Shown in pieces: positions 13,530-27,324 of a stretch of 64,000 nucleotides of DNA. Each line of letters starts with the position of its first letter. Position 1 is the stretch's first letter. Location: assembly GCA_002269645.1 (NCBI GenBank), contig NIVC01000739.1, positions 124,001 to 188,000 of the forward strand, in the 5' to 3' direction. The DNA comes from Macrostomum lignano. Taxonomy: Eukaryota. The position numbers were made by a program, and so were the translations under genes. The notes below the pieces were generated by a model. That model saw only the letters and a program-made list of their open reading frames with translations, searched no databases and had not been told where the DNA came from.

Positions 13530-15689
13530 GGCTGATAACTTTTGGTCTTTACTTTCTTGTTCAGCAGAACATAAATTGTACATAAGAAAATTTAGAAGTA
13601 ACAAATTCTTAAGTAGACTTAGAACTGCGATTCGTGGTGTTACGCCTTACGCCGTTACGGTGAAAACAGTCAAAGCAGAGCTAGAGACGATCAATCAAAA
13701 CTTACAAGCGTGAAGTTCGTATACTATTTAGAATACGAACATATATATCGAATATTAAATCCAAGACATAGAATCTGCAAATAGTTTACAAATGAACTGT
13801 CTTTTAAAGACTGCAGAAATACGGCTGACGAAGAGCACTGCACACAACTATAAGTTCCTTATTTCCGCGCCTATTTAGCCGCAAAATCGAAAATCGCCGT
13901 TCTAGGAATAAGTGTTATTTAAAAACGCACGCTTAATTTAGTATAACAAATTAAAAGCACCCAAGCAAGCAATCAAGTAAAAGTCTTGATTATTTAAGAC
14001 AAGATATTTAAAAGTTTTTTAATCTGAAACTTAATGGCTTAAAAGCGCATTTTATCGTGCTAAAACAAGCACCCACTGAACTGGCTTAATAACCTTAATA
14101 CTGAAACCACTGAAAACTGAAATCGATTGTTAAAGAATACTATACAATGGAGCTAGGCGATAGTATAGCCTAAAATTTGGCTTTTTTATAATGTATAATA
14201 CGTACTGTAATTGCTTTAAATGGGCATTAGTACCTATTCGACCATTTCCTTAAAGGACTTTTGACCATGCATAAAATTACCATGCATAAAATATTAAAAT
14301 ATGGCCGACATATAAGACAATGAAAAAGTGCTAGGCCTAACACAACAGACTTAGCAGTCTTAGCTCAGGGTATGGCCTATCTGGGTTTGGCCTGTGTTTG
14401 CACCAAAAAATGTTAAATAAAATTCTGCAAACTTGAACATATCATTGTAGTGCTCAGTGCTGTGCTGGAGTTAAAGTTGAAGTAAGGTCTAGGCCTATAT
14501 AATATAGACTAACAACTTAAGTATAAAACCTTACCTTAGTAAGCCTTGGCTGCTTTGCTGTTTGCTTAGTTTTCTGCCTGAATTATATTCTGGGCTTATC
14601 AGGTTAGGTTGTATATTCTATATTTATTAGTATGTATTTTAATTAGGCCTAGGGCCTAGCTAATTTAATTAGGCCTAAGCTAAGAAATTGAGTTGATTGA
14701 TTTATTTACTAGGCCTACTAGGCCCAGCCTATAGTATAAGCATTAGACTTGGTTGTAAACTCTAGATTCTAGATTCTTATACTTATACCTAGCTTAGGCC
14801 TACCTAACCTAGGCTAAGGCCCTAAGCCTATTTACTAAGACAATTTTTCTTGATTTAAATTTTTTTCATTAAGGCCTAGGACTAGGCCTAGGTTGGTTTC
14901 ATCATTTCATTTACTGATTTGGTCTAGCCCCTAATTACCCAAATATGACTATGCCACTTTTGGATTCTTTTATACCAAGTTTTTAAGCTATAACTATTTT
15001 TATTTGTCTTTAGTTTTGACTTATAACATAGCTAATACATAGGACTACCTATCAATAATAAAACCAACTGAATCTGAATTTCAACATAGCTATAGTCTAG
15101 ATCATGCTAGTGTATACCTAGTTGCCTACATAGCCACGCTCTCAAGTCTAAGCTAGGCATAATATTGCAATAATAAATGACTTTTGCATTATGACAATAA
15201 ATGACCTTTTTGTGCTGTATCAAAGACCCTTTTAGCTGATATTATTTATCTTTCTTGCTTATCCTAATTATAACAAAAAACTAGCAATCTTTGCCCCCCC
15301 CATAAAGGATATCTAGATAGAATCTTTGTTCTTTACAAGTAAAAAATAGACAGCAAAAAATCCCAAGACAGCAAACATCCCAGACAACAGCATGTAAATA
15401 TCTCCTAAATAGCAAGCATCCCCCAAATAGCAAGCTCCTCCCTAAATACAATAGCAAAAAGCATCTTCTAGATAGCAAACCCCCTCTCAGATAAAAAGTA
15501 CCCTCTATCCCAAGAGCAAGCATCCTCTAATATTAAGTTATCTCATATAGCAAGCATCTTTCCAATAGCAAACATCCCCCTAATAGCAATAATCTATCCT
15601 TAAATATCAAGCATCTACCAAGACAACAAGTAGCTAGTGCAATAATATCATTAGCTTTATAGTGGCTCCTTTATGTCAGGCATGAAGCT

Positions 15690-16345
15690 TCTTTTTACAT
15701 TTGAAATGGTGTTTCTTTATGTTTGACATGGTGGCTCTTTTATGCTTGACATGGTGGCTCTTTAATTTTTGACATGGAGTCACATATATGTTTGACATGG
15801 AGTCACATATATGTTTGACATGGAGTCACATATATGTTTGGCATAGAGTCACATATATGTTTGACATTGAGTCACGTATATGTTTGACATGGAATCATGT
15901 ATATATTTTACATGGTGGCTCTTTTATGTTTGACATGGCTCTTTAGTGTTCAACATGGTGGCTCTTTAATGTTTGACATGGTGGCTCTTTAATGTTTGAC
16001 ACAGTGGCTCTTTTATGCTTGACATGGTGGCTCTTTAATTTTTGACATGGAGTCACATATATGTTATGTTTGACATGGAGTCACATATATGTTTTACATG
16101 GTGGCTCTTTTATGGTTGACATGGTGGCTCTTTATGTTTGACATGGTTGCTCTTTAATGTTCAGCATGGTGTCACTTCAATGTTTGACATGGAGTCATGT
16201 ATATGTTTGACAAGGTTACTCTTTAATGTCTGACAAGGAGTCACAAATATGTTTGACATGAAGTCATATATATGTCTAACATGGTAGCTCTTTAATGTTT
16301 GACATGGAGTCACATAAATGTTTTACATGGTGGCTTTTTATGTTT
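15690..16345. repeat. ~22-bp minisatellite
   Basis: Alternating variants gtttgacatggtggctctttaat and gtttgacatggagtcacatatat. Confidence 0.85.
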
Positions 16346-17242
16346 GTAATTGTAATTGTAAAATCAATTGGCAATTAGTGACTAACAATAAAAGTGTTGC
16401 AGAACTTGCAGCATGATAATTGATAAATAAATAATATAATTTTAATGATAATTAGTAATTACCAACTCATTATAAAGTATATATATATATATGGTGAAGG
16501 CTATTTTTTATCTAAAAACTTGTTTTAAGAAAGAAAATATGTTTTTTCACCCTTGTTGACCAAAAAATGAAGTATTTATCATTTCTTTCTATAAAAATTA
16601 CATCACTATTTCATTCATTTTAAAGAAATTTTGATTGTTTGCATGTTCAAAATTTCAAAAGTATTGGACTATTGATAAAATTTGAAAATTTTATCAAAAG
16701 TTACCAAAGTCTAATATTGTCAAAAAAGTATTGGCTTCTAATACTCCGATACCCAAAATGTATTGCCAATAGTATTGGAGTATCAGAGTATCGGAATTAT
16801 GCCCAAAACTGACAATAATCCATGTCTCAGCTAGTGCAATAATATTAGTACTAATGAATATATAGCTTTCCATTTTTGAGATTTGGGTTCCTTGAATTAA
16901 AGATTAACAATTGGAACTCTATGAGTATAAGTTCTAGTTCTAAGGATCTTGGTTTAGGATAACAAAGTTTAAGGTATTTTTTATTCATTTTATTTTATTT
17001 TTATTTGAGTCACTATGGTAATTATCCTATATAATTTTAGCTACTTGGTTATTAACAAGTTAACTATTTTTAAGTATGGTCTTTTGTTAAAAAGGTGAAT
17101 TGATCATTAAAATTGCCTTGGAATTTTGAGTTTAATTTATCTCAAAATTGTGTAGACTAATTAAGAAGCCCAATAAACTAATGATATATAAAGTCTTTTG
17201 TGATTTTTCAACATAGCTACAACCACACCAGACATTCTTTAT

Positions 17243-19159
17243 TATTGCTTTTGTTGTGCTATGTGGAACAGTGGGCATGCAAAAAGGAATGGCCCATTAG
17301 AGTTCTATGGTCAAGTGTTTAAATTAACTTGAGAAAACAAGCCATAGACATCTCAATTGGTCATGCTATATGGAACAATGAGCCAGAATAAAAGGAATGG
17401 TTTGAGTTTTTCTACAATGACAACAAGACGCTTTCATTTTCTATTGGTTAGTCAAGTTAAGCTATATGTAGCTTGTATAATACAATAGGTCCACAAATAT
17501 CTATACGCAATGGATGACATATCGCTGCCACCTTGCCCTGCAAGGAAATTCAAAAAAGGCATATGTGTTAGTTTTATTAAGAGTATAAAATTCTTTTGTT
17601 CACCGCATTCGGTCAACATTTGTACAGGCCAGCAGGTTAGAAGCTGTCACTTAGCTGATTACTGCCATCAACTGGACCCTAATGGAAACTGAGCAATTTT
17701 GATGGATGGCTTGAGTTTTCACTGTAGCATATGGCGATCCCAGATCAGAACATCAGAACAGAATTTCAACATGAATCCTGATGGAGTGACACTTGAGCAG
17801 TGGAGATTCATGTTATTTGAGTGAGAGGCGGCTGAAGCTGTTGGCCAAGCAATCACTGCTGACAGTGTGCTGGCTAGGAGCTGCACTGCAACCAATATTG
17901 TGTTGTATCCCCCTTCCTCGCTGGCATGGCCGGGTTGGGCGACGGGTAGCGGTGTCGAGGTTCGGGTACTAGACTGCCCAGGGCTTACGAGCTCGATCGG
18001 CGACCCCGAGGCGTACGGACACTTCGGGGGGAGGTCAAGGTTGAGAAGTCGAGAGAGAGGGGAGGGGCGGCTGTGGGCGGGCGGCCACTCGACAGCCTGG
18101 TGAGTCAAGGAAGAGAGAGAGGGCTGTGGGCGGTCGGCCACTCGACAGCCTGGTGAATCAAGGAAAAGAGAGAGGGCTGTGGGCAGGCGGCCACTCGACA
18201 GCCTGGTGAGTCAAGGAAGAGAGAGAGGGCTGCGGGCAGTCGGCCACTCGACAGCCTGGTGAGTCAGACTGAGGAGAGAGTGAGAGAGAGAGAGATCAGG
18301 AGAGCGACCCCGAGGAACACAGGCAATTGTCTCGACAGCTTACCGGGCCGGGTCGATTATAGCACTCATACACGGGAAGGCCGATCAATTGCAATAAATT
18401 GAGTCTTCGCAGTAAGAGACCGTCTTTACGGTTGATCGCTGGTCACGTTCGTTTATTTATCGCGGTGGGCGCAAATGGGCGCAGGCACGGTGAGAAAAGG
18501 GGCGGGGTCTGAGCGTCGCCTTAAATAACGAGTAAAAAGGGGCAGGGGCGCAAACAAGGGGGGGGGGAGAAAGGGCTTAAACAATGGAGCTGATTGACAG
18601 CTGATTGGCTGCGGCGAGGGGAGGGTGGAAGCGCGCACGGCCAGGGAGAGGGAGAGAGAGCAGAGGCCCAGCCAATCAGCACGGCTAGCCAAAGGGCTAA
18701 ACAGCCAAGGCGAGAGAGAGAGAGAAAGAGAGCAGAGGCTCAGCCAAAGGGCTCATAGCTCCAGACTGGCTTGAGCCGGGGGGGGGGTAACAATAATCAA
18801 CTACCAAAGTCAACAACTATCAAAGTGCACTTGCACCAAGGGAGCACTGTGACACAGGTCACAACAATTGCTTGAACCGTGTTTGTAGCAACATCTGTTT
18901 TACTTGTAAGAGTTGACTTTTTAAAGTTTTGATGATTTTAATTTGTGACAAAATAGGTTTTATTTATATTAGTTTTTATTCTTTTTATAAATAAAACTCA
19001 AATTGTTCTTTCTATTCTGGCTCATCATTCCATATAGCATGAAAAATTGAGTTGTCTGTGGCTTGCTTTCTCAAGTTAATTCAATTGCTTAACCATAGAA
19101 TTCTATAGGCCATTCCGTTTTGCATGTCCCCTGTTCCACATAGCACGACAAAAGCAATA
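17243..19159. mobile_element. Possible non-autonomous element bounded by ~165-bp inverted repeats
   Basis: 17243-17410 matches the reverse complement of 18993-19159 (roughly 80-85% by eye); GC-rich interior with 4 copies of ggccactcgacagcctggtga; no clear TSD. Confidence 0.45.
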
Positions 19160-19546
19160 TTACTTCTGTTAAGTAGTATAAAATGTAGGTGCATGTAGTG
19201 TGCATAGGCAAAGTACACTATTTTATTGCCTATTTTGAAAAGTTGTCTTTTTAAAAACTTTCGAAGCTTTTATTCAGTCACCATAAACTGGCCCAGTGGC
19301 TCCCGAAAGTCAATTAGACCATACTGGCCTTGTTTTAAGACAGAACTGACTCAATAAAACTCAACTGTATTAAAATCTTGTCTGGTAAAAATCGCTTGCA
19401 GAAATACTTTTGAAACAAAAATATCTGTAGAAGAGAGACACATGAAATTCAGTCAATACACCAAACTGTGTATAGTATATTTGATAACAATTTTCGATTT
19501 TTTCCTGCAGTTAGTATAGCAGACAGTTCAGTAACAAATAGACTGT

Positions 19547-19852
19547 CTAAAGGCTTGTGTTACCACGTTTCAATAGCAGTCCTTGACGAGCCAGCTTGTC
19601 GCGAGTTGAAGCTGTCATGGCAAGCCAGTCGTCTGCTGTAGGACTGACGCAGCGTATCCGACGGTATTCTAGTCGAAGATAGATTATTTCTGTGTCGATT
19701 CTTCGTCTAGCTTCAAGCTTGCGCCGATTAATCAGGTCCAGTTGGTGCTGCAACGAATGCTGAATCACTTCGCGAACTTTAACGGCCGCTGTTAGTTCGC
19801 GCCTGCTCCATCCGTTAAAGCTGTTACTGCTGCCGCCTCGTTTAGCAGCCAT
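19547..19852 (-). CDS. Small basic coiled-coil protein, hypothetical (101 aa)
   Basis: ATG at 19852; GC-richer than flanks; helical segment VREVIQHSLQHQLDLINRRKLEARRRIDTEIIYLRLEYRRIR; family not recognised. Confidence 0.35.
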   Translation of the reverse strand: MAAKRGGSSNSFNGWSRRELTAAVKVREVIQHSLQHQLDLINRRKLEARRRIDTEIIYLRLEYRRIRCVSPTADDWLAMTASTRDKLARQGLLLKRGNTSL

Positions 19853-20384
19853 TGCTTCCCAATGCTTCACTGGAATGCTTGAATGCTTAATCTGTTTCCT
19901 TGACAATAGCCGGCGTTTTGGGTGATAGAGCAGAAATATAGAGATTCGGGTTTGAGTCTGAGCTGCATACTAATAAGCCGTATAAATATGGAATGCTCAA
20001 TGCAGCCCGTTCCCATGCCAAACTGGGATGAGTGGTAAATTTTGAGTTGAACCGTTAGTCATTGGCTGCTGCTGAGCTGTACTTTCTCTTACAGAGAGTA
20101 GAAACGAAGGGTATCTTGAGAGACAGAAATACAATGACAATGTCACTGGAATAGGAACTGCATCAAGTCAGAATTTGCATTCGTCTGGCATTGAGTATCG
20201 TGAATAAATACTCCAATCCAATAGCTGGGGACGAAATCAAAGGTGTGCAAAACCAATAGGCAAATTTGGAATACGGAAAGTGAGTTGCAGGTACGGAGTG
20301 ACAAACAGACTCTAGCTGCAAGATAATGGCGGATTGGAAATTGACTAGAATATGCCTAGCTCACAGATAAAACTGAGGCTACAT

Positions 20385-20540
20385 GCGCAACCTTGGTATT
20401 CACCCGGCCGTTTCTATTGGCAACACACACATGTAAGTCGCTATTGGCTGAGAGCAGTCACGTGACTACTATTCCGTCCAATAGCGACTTACATGTGTGT
20501 GTTGCCAATAGAAACGGCCGGGTGAATCCCTAGGTTGCGC
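20385..20540. mobile_element. Near-perfect palindromic MITE-like element upstream of NEK1
   Basis: 63-bp arms (20385-20447 and 20478-20540) around a spacer containing GTCACGTGAC; left end tacatgcgcaac matches the TIR of the MITE at 29171. Confidence 0.7.
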
Positions 20541-20974
20541 CCAAGCATGGGACTCGATGCGATCTAATCTGACAATAGTGTACAAGTGCCCATTTAAAAG
20601 ATAAGAAAGATTGGCAGGTATCGTCGTTTAATCTTCGAACTTTGAGTTTAAACCAAGAACAGGTCACAGAGGAAAAGCTTTATGCTTCTTGGGGTCTATG
20701 ACATTTCGTCCAACGGATACCTTTGACCGAAAGGTTGAGGTGCAAGAAAGTAAACTTTCTCCAAATAAAATTTTACTCAAAGCTTGACTCGTTTTAAACT
20801 AGATTGTCAAACAATGGAATTATTTTTGCAGAAAGTAGACAATTTTCAATTGTTTGAAGCATTTGAATTAAGAAAAAAACTTCCAAATCTTGTGCATGCT
20901 AAGCAACAGGTATATTCGAAGGTAGCCCTCATCATCTAGAATACAGTAATTTTTGTGGAGTCAGTCATCAGAAG

Positions 20975-23900
20975 ATGTCCTGTCCGTCAGCCTACGAATT
21001 TATTCGACGCATAGGCAAAGGCGCTTTCGGCAATGCCACACTAATTCGACGAAAATCAGATGGCTGTCAATGCGTTTTAAAAGAGATTTTGCTTAGCACT
21101 CTCAAAGACAAGCGCGAACAGAACTGGGCCCGTCAGGAGGTGCAATTGTTGCGCTCGTTTGAGCATCCCGGTATCGTTCGCTATTTTGATTCGTTTGTTC
21201 TGCCCACCTCACTGTGCATCGTTATGGAGTTTTGCGACGGGGGAGACTTGTGCGATCGAATTGACAATCAAAAAATGCCTTTTGCCGAAGAGTTAATAAT
21301 GGATTGGTTTGCTCAGCTCTGTCTGGCCTTGAAGTATATTCACGATAGGAGAATTATTCATAGGTATGCGATGCTAATGAATATAAGCGCTCTATATTTA
21401 ATGCATAGATACTATATTATCGAAGGACCAGAAGGATTGTCAGCAGCCTATCAAAGGACCAGAGGGGGTTGTCAGTGGCCTATCGAAGGACCTGAGGGGT
21501 TGTCAGCAGCCTATCGAAGGACCTGAGGGGGTTGTCAGCAGCCTATCGAAGGACCTGAGGGGGTTGTCAGTGGCCTATCGAAGGACCTGAGGGGTTGTCA
21601 GCAGCCTATCGAAGGACCTGAGGGGTTGTCAGCAGCCTATCGAAGGACCTGAGGGGGTTGTCAGTGGCCTATCGAAGGACCTGAGGGGGTTGTCAGCAGC
21701 CTATCGAAGGACCAGAGGGGGTTGTCAGCAGCCTATCGAAGGACCAGAGGGGGTTGTCAGTGGCCTATCGAAGGACCTGAGGGGGTTGTCAGCAGCCTAT
21801 CGAAGGACCTGAGGGGTTGTCAGCAGCCTATCGAAGGACCTGAGGGGGTTGTCAGCAGCCTATCGAAGGACCTGAGGGGGTTGTCAGCAGCCTATCGAAG
21901 GACCAGAGGGGGTTGTCAGCAGCCTATCGAAGGACCAGAGGGGGTTGTCAGAAGCCTATCGAAGGACCAGAGGGGGTTGTCAGCAGCCTATCGAAGGACC
22001 TGAGGGGGTTGTCAGCAGCCTATCGAAGGACCAGAGGGGGTTGTCAGAAGCCTATCGAAGGACCAGAGGGGGTTGTCAGCAGCCTATCGAAGGACCTGAG
22101 GGGTTGTCAGCAGCCTATCGAAGGACCTGAGGGGGTTGTCAGAAGCCTATCGAAGGACCTGAGGGTTTGTCAGTGGCCTATCGAAGGACCAGAGGGGGTT
22201 GCCAGCGGCCTATCGAAGGACCAGAAAGGGTTGTCAGTGGCCTATCAAAGGACCAGAGGGGGTTGCCAGCGGCCTATCGAAGGACCAGAAAGGGTTGTCA
22301 GTGGCCTATCGAAGGACCAGAGGGGGCTGTTAGCAGCCTATCGAAGGACCAGAGGGGGCTGTCAGTGGCCTATCGAAGGACCTGAGGGTTTGTCAGTGGC
22401 CTATCAAAGGACCAGAGGGGGTTGCCAGCGGCCTATCGAAGGACCAGAAAGGGTTGTCAGTGGCCTATCGAAGGACCAGAGGGGGTCGTCACCGGATTTT
22501 TTAAGAAATGGAGACAAACTTATAGTGTATAACTATTTTACGAGTAAAATGACTATTAAAGTCAATGATAAACTTAACACTAATCTATCAACAGGGACAT
22601 CAAACCGAAGAACATATTCCTGATGCGCAATGGAAAGGTTATTAAGCTAGGCGATTTTGGCGTTGCAAAAACTCTGGATTTTACTCAGCAACTTGCCGTA
22701 ACAGGCATTGGCACGGCTAATTATTTGAGTCCTGAGATTGTGAAGGGAGAGGCCTACAATAACAAGACTGATATCTGGTCCATGGGCTGCGTCCTGTACG
22801 AGTTGCTGGCTCTGAGAATTGCATTCTGTGCCAGAAATGTCAAGACGCTCTACATGAATATTAAATTGGGAGCATTGTCGCCTTTGCCAACAAAATACAG
22901 TGCGGAATTGCGCGCGATCTGCACCGCTATGCTGAGGAAGAATCCCAAGTGAGTGAAATACGTTTAAGTTCATTTTTTGCTACTGACAGTAGCATAATTT
23001 ATTGCTGCCCTTAACTTGTCTCCATTTGTGATGACATACACGCATTTTATATGTAGACTGTGTGTACAGTTTCTGTACTGCAGGAAAGTCCACGGAAATT
23101 CCATGGAGCTCAGAAGACCAACTTAAGCGCCTCTGTATGTACATGTACACAGTAATTTAACTTGCTCTAAATAACTTTCACTTGTTTTTTTTTATTGCAG
23201 AGATCGTCCAGGAGTTGGAGCTCTGCTAAAGAGAGACTGCTTGCGCCCGGCACTGCTCAAGACAGTGTCCGCAGATGTGAGATGGTTATTGGGATCAGTA
23301 TGGATTTGGGATGTGGGATTTTTGGGATCAGTATAGATTTGGGATTATTGGGATCAATATAGGTTTTGGGATTTTTGGGATCAGTATAGGTTCAGAGATT
23401 AGTATAGATTTAGGATTATTGGAAATATTGCATTCGTCATTGCTTCTCCAGGAGCTCGCCCAGCTTCAGCTGAAACCGGCGCCTCAAGCTTCGCCTTCGC
23501 CGTCGCCTTCGCCGTCTCCTTCGCCGAGACCAAAGACTCCAATAGCCGCCGGTGGTGCCGCCCAGAAGCGAGTGCCGCCAATCAATGTTGGCAACAACAA
23601 TCGCAAATCTCCGGCGGCTTCGCGAGCTGTCAATAATAGCCGGATTGCCGGGGCCGCCTCGCCCAGGCCGGGCACACCTGGCCGGGTGCAAACCCCAGGT
23701 CGCGTCGGTGTCGGTGGCGCCAGAGGTCCAACGGCGCAGTCCCGACAAAACGACGCCCGTCGCCGGGAAGCGGAACGCGCCGCCGCAATTCGCAAAGCCT
23801 ACGAGGTGAAAAAGCGACCGTCCCCGGCGGCCAGCCCATTGTTGAAGCAGCAACAGCAGCGCAGCAAAGCCGTGCAGAACAGAGAGATGGAGCGTCTGTC

Positions 23901-26900
23901 TAAAAAGCGCCAAGAATTGGAGGAGAAGCGGCAGCACACTTATCGGCAAGAGGGCTGGGTTAATGTGCTGTCGCCTCGGTCGCCGGCCGAGCCGACGCCC
24001 CAGCAACGGTTGCAGCAGAAGCAGCAAACACCTGCTGCTGCAGCGGCCGCCGTTTCTGCCGCTGGAGAGGCCGCCGCGGCTGGTCGCAACGCCGCAGCCG
24101 CTGGTCGCCAGGCGGCTAATCAAGCCCAGAAACTGCTGGACAATTTCTGGGAGAGAAAAAAGCAGCAGAAGGCTGGCGGCGGCGCGGCTGCTGGCATTGT
24201 TGCCGCGGCCGCTGCTGAGGTGGCGGAGGCTACTCGTGAGTCAGCGTTCTGCTGTTACTACTGTTAAAACTTTAGGTACTTTCAGGTACTCTAGGGTGCT
24301 CAGAGCCAAGCATTCTGGGGGGGGGGTTGGGTAAGCGGTGCCAGTATTCTAGGGGTGGGGTAAGCGGTGCCAGTATTCTAGGGGTGGGTAAGCGGTGCCA
24401 GTATTCTAGGGGTGGGGTAAGCGGTGCCAGTATTCTAGGGGTGGGTAAGCGGTGCCAGTATTCTAGGGGTGGATAAGCGGTGCCAGTATTCTAGGGGTGG
24501 ATAAGCGGTGTCAGTATTCTAGGGGTGGATAAGCGGTGCCAGTATTCTAGGGGTGGATAAGCGGTGCCAGTATTCTAGGGGTGGATAAGCGGTGCCAGTA
24601 TTCTAGGGGTGGATAAAGCGGTGCCAGTATTCTAGGGGTGGGTTAAGCGGTGCCAGTATTCTAGGGGTGGGTAAGCGGTGCCAGTATTCTAGGGGTGGGT
24701 AAGCGGTGCCAGTATTCTAGGGGTGGAGTAAGCGGTGCCAGTATTCTAGGGGTGGGTAAGCGGTGCCAGTATTATATATAGTTATGATAATAACCCAATA
24801 TTTTCAATCGATCGAATCAATTTAGCTCGCAAGCCAGCAGCAGCCAATAAGCCGCGGCAGCCGCCGCCGCCTCCGCCGCCGCTGTCGCAGGTGCTGCAGG
24901 AGGTGCAAGGCCCCATACAGAAAGTGAAGCTTCAGCCGCAATCGAACGATAGTAGTACTAATAGTAATGATGAAGCTAAATCTGCAGCTTCCACTACAAA
25001 TTCTTCGGCAGACGAGAGGCGTCTGCGTAAGGAGCTCATAGCTGGGAAGCGAGCAGCCGCCGCCGCTAACGCTTGGGAAGGCCGGGTAATGAACGCGAAG
25101 CACCTGGAACAGTTGCCGTTGCAGCCGGACTCGGCAACTCTGCCGCCTAGCGACACGTTGATTGTGGCCGAGGAACTGCCGTCTCCTACAGGGAATAATG
25201 GTGACGATAAGCCGTTAACTGTGGCCGCTCGTCGCGAGGCCTGGGAGAATAAGAAACCGGGATCTACTCTGCTGCGCCGCCTGGGCAATGCTCCTCTGTT
25301 GGCTGGAACTGCCGAGTTTGATAGTGAGTTTGTACACACCCTCAACCAATTACCCCATCTAATGCTGGCACCCATTTTTACAGCTGGGTGAACTGAAGTA
25401 CAGCAATTGTTCCAAATGGAATCGGGAATCGAACCCCCGACCTTCAAGTCGTGAGTCCGGACGCTCCAACCACTCGGCTACAAGCCCCTGAAACTTAGCA
25501 AACCAAAAAGTCCTTTGTCTATCGTTTTTGTTGCTTTAAAAGTGCTCAAGGACACAAATTGTTCCGAGATGGTCGAGAATCGAACCCCCGACCTTTTAGT
25601 CTTTTAGCATTCCACTTAACTCTGCATGGCTTCAGTTCAGTTTAAAGCCGGATTTTTAAATGATTTTTTAGATTTTTTAAATGATTTTTAAATCCGGCTT
25701 TTCAAGCTTCCAGATGCTTCCAAATCCCCCATGCTGTTGATGATTTTATTTGGCCAACCATATTATTAGAAAGTGCCTATCACCAACCTGTAGTTCATTC
25801 ATTAATTTGGGGCTTGTGAACACAATTTTTTTTTATTAGAGGCAGGGGGGTTGTGTGCACCCTAGCGCACTTTAAGCGACATAGGCACACAACCGGTGAG
25901 AGGCATTGCTGCCCGTTCCGCCGACTCCCCTGAGCAGGCATACAAGCGCGCGGATACGTACGCAGTCATACGCACAGGCACACACTCACACAGGAGTGTA
26001 CACAGCGGATCGAACTTTATTTATCGTTAGCCATGTACACTTCACTGTGCTTTGGGGGTTGGCCCTCAAGGCCGTTAATTGCACGAGCAGAGCCAAGCTG
26101 AGATTCCAATTCAGCCCCAAATTAATGTGACTGCACTTGGAATCGAGCCTGGGTCGCTGGCACACCAGAGCAGCTGCGCTACCGCTGGGCTACGCCCCCC
26201 TACACAAAAATTTAGCGGAAGGTGGTCGTGCGATTCACGCCCATGATACCCACCCTACATTCCCGTACACAGCCGCCGATCAGCAGGAGCGGGAGGTGCG
26301 CCAGAGCATGTTTGAGACGCTGAAGCAGCTTGAGCTGGAGGATGATGACGCCAATGAGCTGCTGGGCTCTCTGGTTGCCGAAGGTCCAGCCGCTCTGGAA
26401 AATGCAGCAGACGTCGCGGCTAATAGGCGCAAGCCCACCCCGGAGGAGCTGTGGGAAGTGATTCACGGTTTCCGGGCTATGCTAGAAGAGAAGAAGCAGC
26501 AACAGCAGCAGCAGCCGAAGCGGCAGCAGGCCAGCGCTCTGGTGCGAGCCAGCTCGATTCCCGATGGCCTCTGCAGCTTGCAGCAATTTAAGCAGCCACA
26601 GCAGCAGCAACAAAAATCTGCTGACAACGCCAAAAAAGAGGACGACGACGTATTCGATCAGGCCAACGAATATTTGAGCGTCAGGTTGTGCAAACGCGGC
26701 AAATCAGTCGGCGAAGGTCTGGACGAACTCGACGAAAATGACAACGACGAAGATAGCGAGATGGACGAAATTCACCGTTCAATAGGCGACGCGCTCGGCA
26801 AGGCGGCGGCTTTGTCGCCGTCGCCCTCGCCGTCGCCTTCGCCCTCGCCGTCGATTGCCACCACGGAATGGGACGACGACGACGGCTTGCCGATGGATAA

Positions 26901-27153
26901 CGACGACGAAAACGAGACGTCGGTTGGCGATCCCGTAGTGCTGGCCGAACGACTTCGAGCGGAACTGGAATCGGAGATCGGGTTCACCAAACTGCTGCCG
27001 GCCTACGACTTGGCTGGACAGTTGGAACGCGACGACAATGTGACCGTCGACGAGACTGAACGGCGAGTTCGCGAGGCACTTGGGCCGCAGCATGCGGGCG
27101 TGTACGATAAACTGATGCGGCTGGTGCTGTACGACAATCAGGCTGATCAGTGA
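20975..27153 (+). CDS. NEK1: NIMA-related kinase NEK1-like
   Basis: Exons 20975-21363, 22595-22948, 23201-23276, 23452-24235, 24826-25323, 26273-27153, all phase-consistent GT-AG. Kinase motifs GKGAFG, HRDIKPKN, DFG. The C-terminal RASSIPD and AERLRAELESEIGF...YDKLMRLV segments resemble the NEK1 tail. Confidence 0.9.
21420..22490. repeat. ~30-31-bp minisatellite in NEK1 intron 1
   Basis: Unit gttgtcagcagcctatcgaaggacctgagggg, more than 30 copies. Confidence 0.95.
24305..24775. repeat. ~29-bp minisatellite in a NEK1 intron
   Basis: Unit ggtaagcggtgccagtattctaggggtg. Confidence 0.95.
25330..25490 (-). mobile_element. tRNA-derived SINE family A, internally deleted copy (further fragment at ~25540-25600)
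   Basis: Shares ctaatgctggcacccatttt...cagctgggtgaactgaag and aatcgaac...gtcgtgagtcc with 11180-11425. Confidence 0.7.
25862..26200 (-). mobile_element. tRNA-derived SINE family B
   Basis: Reverse complement of the copy at 56461-56760 (gtgcagtcacattaattttgggctgaattggaatc...gcacagtgaagtgtacatg). Confidence 0.75.
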
Positions 27154-27324
27154 CGGCCTTACTGGCTATTCATGACCTTTTCATTCAGAATTTCCTGTTT
27201 ACTTGTTTCTTTAGCTTGGAGGCGTTTCTTTTATTGTGTTTAATGGGTTAAATTTTCATGTTTTCATCTGAATGAAAAGAACTGAAAATTCTGTGCATAC
27301 ATATCTCACATTCCCATGCATACA

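Noticed and set aside
14330-14930. Cluster of TAGGCCTA palindromes
   Set aside because: Low-complexity AT-rich sequence with no periodicity or boundaries
21722-22623. Repetitive ORFs (AAYRRTRGGCQ...)
   Set aside because: Translations of the intronic minisatellite in NEK1; the kinase splices cleanly across them
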